In this document: positions 54,334 through 62,316 of the stretch, in pieces
Numbering within the stretch: position 1 is the stretch's first letter
Layout: each line of letters starts with the position of its first letter
Source of the DNA: a virus
IMG/VR virus record: IMGVR_UViG_3300045988_154140
Location: 1-64,000 of that record
Direction: 5' to 3' (one strand)
DNA length: 64,000 nucleotides
Notes under the pieces: model-generated
Told to the model about the DNA's origin: nothing
The model's database searches: none
The model's input: only the letters and a program-made list of their open reading frames with translations
Made by a program: the position numbers and the translations under genes

Positions 54334-54675
54334 TTATACCCCGCTTGGCTCAAAATTCCTGCACAGAAGCACGGCTTCTGCCTCTGCTATCCTATAGGCT
54401 CTTGAGGTTCTGTGGTACTGATAACCGAGTTCCTGCAAGTGCCGTATGGCCTGCGGGGTACGGCCTAAGAGCTGTGCGGCTGTGGTCACGCTATACCCCG
54501 CACCAGATATTTCGCCTACCAGTATGCAGCGCGCCATAAGCACGTTCTCTGCCCTACTCTTGCCAAGCACATCCTCCGCCGTGAGGTTCACGTGACCCTC
54601 CGCATCTATCTGTGTGGCGCAACAGCTAACCACACTATCTACTATTCTGTACAACTCTGTCTCCTTGTCGTTCAT
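54334..54675 (-). CDS. DnaA C-terminal-like HTH protein
   Basis: Trimmed to MNDKETELY...; GKSRAENVLMARCILVGEISGAGYSVTTAAQLLGRTPQAIRH. Confidence 0.5.
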   Translation of the reverse strand: MNDKETELYRIVDSVVSCCATQIDAEGHVNLTAEDVLGKSRAENVLMARCILVGEISGAGYSVTTAAQLLGRTPQAIRHLQELGYQYHRTSRAYRIAEAEAVLLCRNFEPSGV

Positions 54676-54688
54676 GGTATTTGTTGTA

Positions 54689-55261
54689 TTATAAGAAGTC
54701 CACAAACGTGAACCTCTCTTCGTTGAACTTATGCGGCCTCTTATAGAGCCTGTCCCACAGCCAGGGGATAGGAAGATAGGTATGCCAGCTTCTACCGTCA
54801 AGCGGCAAGAAGCCCTGCACACCTCCACTGTAGCCTACCTCTGCGGGCAGAACAGACACGTAATCCACCTTAACGCTGGCATACTTGGCATACTTACAGC
54901 AGGCGCTTCCCCATATTATCCACTGAAACCAATGCCGTAAGTTGGTTGCGAACTGACGGAAGTCTTCTATGTTCTCACTCGTCCCCTCGTAGGTCAGGCA
55001 TACCTGGCATCTGTCGGGGAAACGGTCTATCATGCCAAGAATGTCATCTGCGCTCCGCTCGCTCTCCCACAGCCCATGCGCGCATACGTAGCCCTTGCGT
55101 CTCCCACGCGCAGGCCGCACACGTATGTCGAAACTCCTGCACCCAGCGGCATACTGCTCCGCTATGGTCTTGCTCTGTGTCTTCGCAAAAGGCGTGACCA
55201 GCCAAGAGAGGAGACCATGCCCTCTCTCGCCAGTCGCGCTGTCATGTGTCGCTATCTTCAT
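54689..55261 (-). CDS. PI-PLC X-domain-like phosphodiesterase
   Basis: ATHDSATGE (first catalytic His), GCRSFDIRVR, CAHGLW (second His), in the order seen in bacterial PI-PLC. Confidence 0.55.
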   Translation of the reverse strand: MKIATHDSATGERGHGLLSWLVTPFAKTQSKTIAEQYAAGCRSFDIRVRPARGRRKGYVCAHGLWESERSADDILGMIDRFPDRCQVCLTYEGTSENIEDFRQFATNLRHWFQWIIWGSACCKYAKYASVKVDYVSVLPAEVGYSGGVQGFLPLDGRSWHTYLPIPWLWDRLYKRPHKFNEERFTFVDFL

Positions 55262-55280
55262 TATTATCTATATATATATT

Positions 55281-55297
55281 AAAGGGGCGACAGCCCC
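55281..55297 (-). terminator. short terminator hairpin after the HTH gene
   Basis: Minus strand GGGGC-TGTC-GCCCC followed by TTTAATATATATA. Confidence 0.5.
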
Positions 55298-55354
55298 ATT
55301 CGTTCATTGCCGTGGAACTGCCGCCCCTTCAGTAGGGCATTGGCTTCGGTTTGC

Positions 55355-55621
55355 CTATATCTTACCGACTACATCCTCGTCCAGTGCTGACGATATTAGC
55401 GCGAGCGTTGACAAGGTGAAATTGTGTGTACCACCAAGCCAGCGGGAAACCTCCGCGCGGGAGCGCCCCATAAGCCTGGCCAGGTCGGCCTGGTTCATTC
55501 CCCTCCGCTCCAGAATCACCGCGAGCCTGTCAGATATGGCCATGGACATCTCCACCTGCCTGCGTGTGCTGTCTGGTACAGAGGCAAGAGCCTGTGCAAA
55601 GAATGGTTCTGAATGTGTCAT
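55355..55621 (-). CDS. XRE-family HTH antitoxin-like protein (HigA-like)
   Basis: MNQADLARLMGRSRAEVSRWLGG; 4-nt overlap with the upstream gene. Confidence 0.65.
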   Translation of the reverse strand: MTHSEPFFAQALASVPDSTRRQVEMSMAISDRLAVILERRGMNQADLARLMGRSRAEVSRWLGGTHNFTLSTLALISSALDEDVVGKI

Positions 55622-56091
55622 AGGCTAAAATCTTTTGTCTCAATTCCTTTTACCGAGCGTTCCTCTATGATGACTTCACCCTTTCTTATGGCCAGCCTTA
55701 ATGCGTCATCAAGTTTTTGAAGGGTGAGTACGTAACCGTTTAGTTCATCACAATCTTCGTATCGTCTTACCGACTTCACGCCTCCGTTGCCCGCTATTAG
55801 AACGCTGTCGCTCAAACGAAGGCAATAAAGCCGAAGCCTTCCAGACTCTATGGGCAGGGCGCACACATTGTCTCTGAATTTTCCTTCAGGTCGGAAATAC
55901 CGTTCAAGAAAACCACCCGCGTTCATCATGTGCTGTATGGCAGTCAATATTACTCCCAGGTCTTTACTATAGTCATCCCTGTGCTCCTCAATGAACTTTT
56001 GGAATTCAGTGAAGCTATCACCCTCAAAGCATATTGAGAATAACCCCGCGCGCTCCGTTTGAGCTACCGATTGTATTTTAACGTTTGGCAT
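55618..56091 (-). CDS. candidate RelE/HigB-superfamily-like toxin
   Basis: 157 aa upstream of and overlapping the HTH gene (toxin-first order). RLRLYCLRLSDSVLIAGNGGVK resembles Gp49/HigB-type cores; weak. Confidence 0.4.
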   Translation of the reverse strand: MPNVKIQSVAQTERAGLFSICFEGDSFTEFQKFIEEHRDDYSKDLGVILTAIQHMMNAGGFLERYFRPEGKFRDNVCALPIESGRLRLYCLRLSDSVLIAGNGGVKSVRRYEDCDELNGYVLTLQKLDDALRLAIRKGEVIIEERSVKGIETKDFSL

Positions 56092-56113
56092 AAGTCTATG
56101 TAGGTTTGCATCG

Positions 56114-56121
56114 CAAAGATA
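56114..56121 (-). promoter_or_regulatory. Bacteroides-type -7 box (HigBA-like pair)
   Basis: Reverse complement TATCTTTG, 22 nt before the ATG at 56091. Confidence 0.45.
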
Positions 56122-56313
56122 CTACAAACTACCGTCTTTGTGTAGCCTTTTAAGGTAACATTTTCCAAGCGTTAACAACTTTTAGCCTTTTTGCCTCTTT
56201 TAGTTGTCAGTTCCACAAATAAAGTCAAAGTTCACTTTTGCCTTACTGGCGTTTTTACATGCCTCCTCAGTGCAGTACAACTCAGAGTACTTGCGATTGC
56301 AAGGCACGTCAGG

Positions 56314-56574
56314 TCATACTACATATAATATAACCAGCCCTATGGTCGCCGCAGCACCGCCTATCGCGGTGGCCAGCAAGTCCTTCCAATCAAAGCGCTC
56401 GTCAAACAGTTCTTTAACAACTCCAGCCACTATAGATAGACCGAAACCTGTCGCGAGGGATGCCGCTTCTGTCGCGCCAGCCATGCAGGCAACAAGGTAG
56501 GCCATGACGGCTACCAGTGCGCCTGCGAGGAAGTGCGTCACCTTGTCGAGCCCCCACTTGTCAACGGCCTTCAT
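56314..56574 (-). CDS. small multi-TM membrane protein
   Basis: 86 aa with three hydrophobic helices. Confidence 0.55.
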   Translation of the reverse strand: MKAVDKWGLDKVTHFLAGALVAVMAYLVACMAGATEAASLATGFGLSIVAGVVKELFDERFDWKDLLATAIGGAAATIGLVILYVV

Positions 56575-56845
56575 CGCGCACCTCCTCTCCTGCTGGATCC
56601 CGCCACATCATCTCGTCATCCTCCACTTCGGTAGTGGCGATAATGTTCCCCTCCGCCTCCAGCGTGTTGTACTCCTCACGCGCTGCCTCGTAGGCTGTGT
56701 ATTCCTCTGGGTACTCCTCTCTGAAGGTGAGCCCCATCTTGATACATTTTGCTGCATGTGCGTCACTCTCGGCCATGATGGCCTGCAAGGCCATCTTGCG
56801 CTCTGCTATACGCTGCAGGGCGCTTTGCTTATCTTCTCTTGTCAT
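56561..56845 (-). CDS. hypothetical protein
   Basis: Trimmed to MTREDKQSALQRIAERK...; 94 aa. Confidence 0.5.
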   Translation of the reverse strand: MTREDKQSALQRIAERKMALQAIMAESDAHAAKCIKMGLTFREEYPEEYTAYEAAREEYNTLEAEGNIIATTEVEDDEMMWRDPAGEEVRDEGR

Positions 56846-56855
56846 GCTCTGTGTG

Positions 56856-58100
56856 TTAATCAAAGGTGAGTGTTTGTTGAGAGACCCGGGAAGCCACAAG
56901 CCAGGAGATGCACACGGGCGTGGCGTACAGGCAGCCGTACATGCCGCGGCAATTCCAAGCGTTGCTGGGATTGCCGCGCACACACGTCCACTGCGTAGAA
57001 CCGTTACTTATAGCCTGGCCTCCCGCTGCTATCATAGTTCGACTAAACACGTCAGGCGTTCCCGTTCCTTGCGTTATATCTCTCATAAGCTCTACAAGTT
57101 CCTTGGGTGTAGGAATATGCCATGAACCAGCTGGCAGGCAGGAGGTTGAGAAGTTGGCACACCATCCGCTTGCAGGGAACATGTATTTCGGTTTGGCCAC
57201 CTTGCGCGAGGTGTAGGTGAAGGACGAGAGCCGCTTGCTCATCTCTATACCGTCGTACATCATGATGCCACCATCAGTGTCGGTGACAGACATACAGCTG
57301 TGCATGAATCGAAGCCAGCCCTCCTCGCCCTCGCCGTACACATCGCGCAATGCCTTGCAGAAGTCGCCTGGATTCTTGGCTGATGTTCCGAGCCAAGTAG
57401 GCAAGTTAATTGGCCATACCTGATTGATGCTCGTCTGTTCAGCCGTGCGCCCGCCTTGCTCTATCGAAGTGCCGTTGTCGTTACGGTAGTAGGCCAGCGA
57501 ACTATGCCAAGAGCAGATGCCGCCGATTTGCGTCGCCTGTCCGCTCTTACGCCTTAGACGTGTGCATTGCTTGAACTCGGGCATACTGTTGGTCTTTGTG
57601 ATACCTGATTTGGCAATGAAGTTGTAGTTCTGCCATGCGGCGAACACATAATGCACGCGGACGCGCCCGTCAGCCGTGAGGTCGGCATACCAGTCCTGGT
57701 CGGTGAAGTCGGCATCCGCTTCAAAAGCGGCATTGAGCGCACTGATGAACTCCTCTACGGTGTTTGCCGTGTAGGTGATTGTCTTTTCCACACTCTTATC
57801 CCAGTTTGCCTTGGTGGGTATAGCCAGCACTATGGTGTGCTCCGCGCCGTCCAGCGTATAGCCGCTCAGATAGTACCACACACGGTCGCAGAATGCGATG
57901 GGACCCGAATTGTCCAGCCCGACAATAGTGACCTTCTTGCCTTCTCGATGAGACACCACACCCTGCACCTCCCACTCGCTCTTGTCCAGCTCGGACAAGA
58001 CGAGCGTGTCACCCTTGATGTAAAATAGCTTCTTGTCGGAGAGCCGCCCTACGCATGCGTCCCCGCGTTCTGGTATCTTAACGAATACATTATTTGCCAT
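56856..58100 (-). CDS. tail-fibre/receptor-binding candidate with DUF1566-like C-terminus
   Basis: 414 aa; C-terminal SWHIPTPKELVELM ... QWTCVRGNPSNAW resembles the W.LPT..EL lectin-like module. Confidence 0.5.
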   Translation of the reverse strand: MANNVFVKIPERGDACVGRLSDKKLFYIKGDTLVLSELDKSEWEVQGVVSHREGKKVTIVGLDNSGPIAFCDRVWYYLSGYTLDGAEHTIVLAIPTKANWDKSVEKTITYTANTVEEFISALNAAFEADADFTDQDWYADLTADGRVRVHYVFAAWQNYNFIAKSGITKTNSMPEFKQCTRLRRKSGQATQIGGICSWHSSLAYYRNDNGTSIEQGGRTAEQTSINQVWPINLPTWLGTSAKNPGDFCKALRDVYGEGEEGWLRFMHSCMSVTDTDGGIMMYDGIEMSKRLSSFTYTSRKVAKPKYMFPASGWCANFSTSCLPAGSWHIPTPKELVELMRDITQGTGTPDVFSRTMIAAGGQAISNGSTQWTCVRGNPSNAWNCRGMYGCLYATPVCISWLVASRVSQQTLTFD

Positions 58101-58111
58101 ATCATTCTATC

Positions 58112-58585
58112 TTAAAAGTTCTTCCACACAAGCGAGCCTTCCTCGCGGCCGCGCACAGCGATGTAGCGCCCGCCTGTAGTCGCGGTCGTGTTGATGTACT
58201 GCTGCCCGATGGCTGACGGTTCTCCATTCCAGTTGTAACCCTCCCCTGTGTCGGAATCAAACTGCTTCCAGTTGTCGGGTACGATGGCCTCCTGTGGGGT
58301 GCCTGCCCCGAACAGGATGCTGGGCTGGCCGCACAACAGGGGGAGCTCGCTGAAGTCGGTACTGGTGGCATCCTTGGCAAGCGCGTTGATGTCGTGCTCG
58401 GTAGCCTCCTTATGTGCATCCACTATCCCTTGCAATTCAGTCAGCAGTCCTTGCAGATTGGTCAGGCCTATCAGCAACACGTCCAGCTTTTCATATATGG
58501 GGCGCAGGTCAGCAGACGAGCCAGAACCACTGCCACTGCCTCCTCCAGCCTGCATGCCTATGACGGGCAAGTTTATCTTATCCAT
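58112..58585 (-). CDS. hypothetical tail-associated protein
   Basis: 157 aa; GGGSGSGSGSS linker followed by a coiled coil. Confidence 0.55.
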   Translation of the reverse strand: MDKINLPVIGMQAGGGSGSGSGSSADLRPIYEKLDVLLIGLTNLQGLLTELQGIVDAHKEATEHDINALAKDATSTDFSELPLLCGQPSILFGAGTPQEAIVPDNWKQFDSDTGEGYNWNGEPSAIGQQYINTTATTGGRYIAVRGREEGSLVWKNF

Positions 58586-58597
58586 ATCCGCTCCTCC

Positions 58598-58879
58598 TTA
58601 CTCTACACCGTCCTGGCACAGCACGCAGGACTCTACTTCTGTTTCACTCTCCATGCGCAGCGTCACACCCACGGGAAGATAGCCCGTCAGAAACGCGGTT
58701 ACCCTCTGTTGGGTAACATGCACAGTCACTGGCTTCTTGCCTGCCGCGTAGGCATACACACGCAGCCAGCCCATTTCCTTACGCTCTACCTGCACGTATG
58801 CCATGTTTGGTGATACTACCTCATCGCTTTGCCAGCAAGCCTTATCCTTGTTGTAGGTGAATTTTATATCCTTTACCAT
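58598..58879 (-). CDS. hypothetical protein
   Basis: 93-aa ORF, tightly packed. Confidence 0.5.
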   Translation of the reverse strand: MVKDIKFTYNKDKACWQSDEVVSPNMAYVQVERKEMGWLRVYAYAAGKKPVTVHVTQQRVTAFLTGYLPVGVTLRMESETEVESCVLCQDGVE

Positions 58880-58891
58880 AATCTCCTATAA

Positions 58892-59788
58892 TTATGCCAT
58901 ACTACTATTCTCCAGCGCCGAAAGTCTATTCTTTATGCTCTCCAGCATATCTACGGTAGCAATCTCCTTAGTACCGACCTTAGCCTTATAGCCAGGGCCA
59001 GGCAAAAGCACAATATCGTCGAGTCCGCTCTTCACCACCACTTTATAGCCCTCGAGTTGGAGACATTTGCCGCTTCCCTCGGCATACACGCGAATGCTGT
59101 CGGCATGTATCTCGACAGAACCGTCTCCCTCCGTATAATAGCGGAGAGAGGTTCGTTTCTTCTCAGCCGCCTGCCGCGCATTCTCGTTCTGCTGTCTTAC
59201 AATCTCTGAGCTGACACGCTTGCCCTCTGCGGACGAGCGGGATGCCTCTGCTGTCTGCCTCAGGGTCTCTGCGCTCTCAATCTCACTGATACGCTCGTTA
59301 AGCTCGGTGATGTTGGACACCCACTCGCTCTGACGCAGTGCGGTCTGCCCGCTTATAACGGCTATCTCGTATGCGGACAAGCCATCATACCCATACGTAG
59401 CCACCATGCTGCGCACTTCGATATTGACAGCGCTTGACTCTGAGTAGTCGGCCTCGTTAGACACAGCAGTGATGCCAAACAGATCATCAACCTGTGAACG
59501 GCTCATCCTGCCAAGAGGCGGCAAGCTGGCATCGTTTCCTCCCTCAAAGGGATTGCAGGCCGACTTGAACCACACGGCAAGCAGGCCATACACTCCTTCT
59601 GGTAACCCAGTAGGAAGCGTTGTCGTTATGACGTTCTCACTCAGCGTATAGTTGAGTGGTATCTGCTCGTTGTTACTCGTCAGGAACACAAACAGAGACG
59701 AACGCCTAAAATCCTCCTTGACCTTAGACGCGCCTCTGCTTATTGTCCATGACAGATTTATTCTCTGATTACTGCCTACATACTTCAT
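58892..59788 (-). CDS. tail-fibre-like protein
   Basis: GYDGLSAYEIAVISGQTALRQSEW motif common in phage fibres, then a coiled coil. Confidence 0.55.
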   Translation of the reverse strand: MKYVGSNQRINLSWTISRGASKVKEDFRRSSLFVFLTSNNEQIPLNYTLSENVITTTLPTGLPEGVYGLLAVWFKSACNPFEGGNDASLPPLGRMSRSQVDDLFGITAVSNEADYSESSAVNIEVRSMVATYGYDGLSAYEIAVISGQTALRQSEWVSNITELNERISEIESAETLRQTAEASRSSAEGKRVSSEIVRQQNENARQAAEKKRTSLRYYTEGDGSVEIHADSIRVYAEGSGKCLQLEGYKVVVKSGLDDIVLLPGPGYKAKVGTKEIATVDMLESIKNRLSALENSSMA

Positions 59789-59846
59789 ATCGTAATGTTA
59801 TATGCCGCAAAGTTAATCCGCACAGCCATAAGGGTTTGACGAATTA

Positions 59847-60230
59847 TCAAATCTTCCTTCGCAAGACGAGCACAACAGCCGCGCCTGCCACAAGCATCGC
59901 CCAGCCGCCCCAGTCTTGCTTGGTACGCTGCCACCGCGTAAGCGTGCGCTCCACGGGGTAGGGCTTGGGGATGCTGTCGGTCTTGTTGATATAGAGGGTG
60001 TCGCATGTCTTATGCCGTTCCACACGCACATGCCATCTGTCCATCCACACCGTATCACGCCCCTCACGCACGTGTACGCTGTCATACATCCACACGCTAT
60101 CCACACGCTCCTTGTATTGTATAAGCGTGTCTGAGCGTGTCTGCATGATGGGAACATACTCTGTGCGTACAGAGCGGCAGGAACACAGACAGAGAGCGCA
60201 GAGGAGCGCTATCAGACAGCCCCTGCCCAT
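59847..60230 (-). CDS. unimolecular-spanin-like lipoprotein
   Basis: MGRGCLIALLCALCLCSC lipobox-like signal plus C-terminal TM WAMLVAGAAVVLVL; overlaps the lysozyme 3' end. Confidence 0.5.
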   Translation of the reverse strand: MGRGCLIALLCALCLCSCRSVRTEYVPIMQTRSDTLIQYKERVDSVWMYDSVHVREGRDTVWMDRWHVRVERHKTCDTLYINKTDSIPKPYPVERTLTRWQRTKQDWGGWAMLVAGAAVVLVLRRKI

Positions 60231-60649
60231 CGTGCAGCCTCCCATGCTCTGCGTCTCACAAGGCCAGGCAGCTTCTTGTTGCCCGCCTTCACCCATCTTC
60301 CGAACTCATGGTAAATGGTTGGATTAGCAGGATTGGCAAGTATCTTCTTGGCCATCGTGCTGCGCTTGAAATTACCGATGCCCACGTTATAGGCAAAGCT
60401 TACTATGGCATCCCACTGGTTATCGGTCAGTTTCACGTCTCCCAAGAACCTGCCCAATGCCTCCTCCTCAAGTTCGATGAACTCCTCAAGGTCTTTGTCA
60501 GCCTGCTCTTGCGTGATGGTCATACCCATCTCCACCCCGCGAGTCCTCCCGTAGCCTATGGTTGGAATACCCACGGCATCGCGGTATGCCTTAAGCTTGC
60601 AACCCTCAAAGGTCTTCATCTTCTCAAGTGCTTCTCTTGTAAACCTCAT
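60212..60649 (-). CDS. GH24 lysozyme (endolysin)
   Basis: FEGCKLKAYRDAVGIPTIGYGRT catalytic E-D-T pattern. Confidence 0.85.
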   Translation of the reverse strand: MRFTREALEKMKTFEGCKLKAYRDAVGIPTIGYGRTRGVEMGMTITQEQADKDLEEFIELEEEALGRFLGDVKLTDNQWDAIVSFAYNVGIGNFKRSTMAKKILANPANPTIYHEFGRWVKAGNKKLPGLVRRRAWEAARWAGAV

Positions 60650-61152
60650 TCGCTCTCCCCCTCTTTCTTCTTATAAATCTTATTACGTCTGTCATTGGTG
60701 AGATACTGCACTATAGCCTGAGCTATCTCCTCGGGATCCGCGCGATGCTTGGCTATCTCACTTGCAAGATGCGCCACTTGCTTCATCTCCTTCTTCTCCT
60801 TGTCGCTGGCAGGCTCCATGATGCTCTTGACCTCAATGACACCAACGAAGAACGCACCAGCAAAGGTGAACCAGGGAAACAGCGGCCAATGCCAGTCCGC
60901 GTAGTTGTTCAGATACCACAAGCCTATTATCTGCATCCCGTCCATGAGGAGCAGTGCAAACAGCATGTTGTAGTATCTGCCTATCTTAGCCACCGTCCGC
61001 TGCCATCCGTTGCTTGTTATGACCTCACCGCGCTGCCTGGCCTTGCGTATGCCCGCCCAGAAGTCGGACGCAACGAACAAGAGTGGAAGCAGCATGATAA
61101 GGCACTCCACGAAAAGCATCGCCACCAAGGGCTCTGTATTACTCGCCATCAT
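60646..61152 (-). CDS. holin (phage_holin_4-like)
   Basis: Three or four TM helices and an IEVKSIMEP motif; 4-nt overlap with the lysozyme gene. Confidence 0.65.
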   Translation of the reverse strand: MMASNTEPLVAMLFVECLIMLLPLLFVASDFWAGIRKARQRGEVITSNGWQRTVAKIGRYYNMLFALLLMDGMQIIGLWYLNNYADWHWPLFPWFTFAGAFFVGVIEVKSIMEPASDKEKKEMKQVAHLASEIAKHRADPEEIAQAIVQYLTNDRRNKIYKKKEGESE

Positions 61153-61823
61153 ACTCCTCCTTTCTCTTGCTTCTCCTGCGCGCTAACACCCATGAGAGCC
61201 ATCGCAAGGTTAAACATATCATCAGCATGCTGGTCGTTGAGTACGGTAAGCACAAGGCCTGACAGATAGTAGATATAAGCATCCTCAAGTTTCGCGCTGA
61301 CATCTATGCCGTCATCAGCCCCTGTGTCCTCGACAAAGGTCATATACTCCACGCGCACGCTTGAGTCTATCTTCGGCAGGCTGTACAACTCAATCTGCCG
61401 CTCGCCGTTCTCAAGATTGACCGAGAGGAAAGCGGAAGGACGCTCAGGCGTTCCGCAAGCGTAAGGGTCGGACTGCTTGGCATACTCGTCCTCCTCATCG
61501 CTCTGCATCTCTGTCAAAGCCTTTGACCACCCTTGCACGCGGAGACTCTTCAGCCTCAGATAGCCAGGAACGGCCACCACACCCACGAAGTAACTGCCAA
61601 GTTCCCTCGTTCCTGTCACATGCGTTGCAGTCTCGCCTGCGTCCAGCAAGTCGGGGTCAGCCGTACCATGCACGAAGTTCAACGCCTCAAGGACATGCGC
61701 AGCGATGATGCTGTCAAGCTCTGCCTCGTCTGCCCCCGTGTAGAACTCCGAGTCGTTCACTCGTGCCTCGTTGATTGTCCTGCGCACACGAGACACTATA
61801 TCCGCTCCCGTCAGGTGTGTCAT
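61149..61823 (-). CDS. hypothetical head-completion/adaptor candidate
   Basis: 224 aa between the capsid gene and the lysis cassette. Confidence 0.5.
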   Translation of the reverse strand: MTHLTGADIVSRVRRTINEARVNDSEFYTGADEAELDSIIAAHVLEALNFVHGTADPDLLDAGETATHVTGTRELGSYFVGVVAVPGYLRLKSLRVQGWSKALTEMQSDEEDEYAKQSDPYACGTPERPSAFLSVNLENGERQIELYSLPKIDSSVRVEYMTFVEDTGADDGIDVSAKLEDAYIYYLSGLVLTVLNDQHADDMFNLAMALMGVSAQEKQEKGGV

Positions 61824-61830
61824 ACCGTTC

Positions 61831-62223
61831 TCAGTATCTCAGGTTAGGGAACTCAACGTTATACTGCTCCATCAGTGTCTTCAGGTCTCCCTCGCCTGTC
61901 ACGTTGGCTCCAAGCTGGGTGAAGTAAAGCAGGGCATCGTTGACGCTCTTCACCTTGGTTATCTTGCGGGTCTTGGTTTTCTCGTTGGCAATCCTTGCCT
62001 CCACATCCTTAGTGCTGTCTGAATAGCTCTTCTTCAGGATGTAGAGACTACCAAAACGCGGGTCATGCTCCAGAGCGTCCTGCACGAACAGGCTGTCTGT
62101 CACAAGGCGGGCGCGGTTGCGTCTCTGGTCTCCTCCCTTGAAAGAAGCCATGATTACCTGGCCGCAGTATGAAATGCGAAGGGTCATCGCATCGAAACGA
62201 GAAAGTTCATATATTTTCAGCAT
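61831..62223 (-). CDS. hypothetical protein
   Basis: 130-aa ORF after the capsid terminator hairpin. Confidence 0.5.
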   Translation of the reverse strand: MLKIYELSRFDAMTLRISYCGQVIMASFKGGDQRRNRARLVTDSLFVQDALEHDPRFGSLYILKKSYSDSTKDVEARIANEKTKTRKITKVKSVNDALLYFTQLGANVTGEGDLKTLMEQYNVEFPNLRY

Positions 62224-62251
62224 ACTTTCTTGAATTATTGTTAAGATTGAA

Positions 62252-62286
62252 GAATGCCCGCCCCGTAGTTAGCGAGACGGGCATTC
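62252..62286 (-). terminator. hairpin immediately after the capsid gene
   Basis: GAATGCCCG-N17-CGGGCATTC (9-bp stem). Confidence 0.55.
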
Positions 62287-62316
62287 AGGCTATTATACTA
62301 ATCCCCTTAGAACTTG

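Noticed and set aside
56101-56108. + strand TAGGTTTG promoter-like box and the 98-aa + strand ORF 56204-56500
   Set aside because: The ORF is antisense to a hydrophobic membrane-protein gene and has biased shadow composition. A single 8-mer match is expected by chance.
56856-58100. Diversity-generating retroelement acting on the lectin-like fibre tip
   Set aside because: No reverse transcriptase, Avd or template repeat was recognised anywhere in the window, so the system cannot be supported from this sequence.
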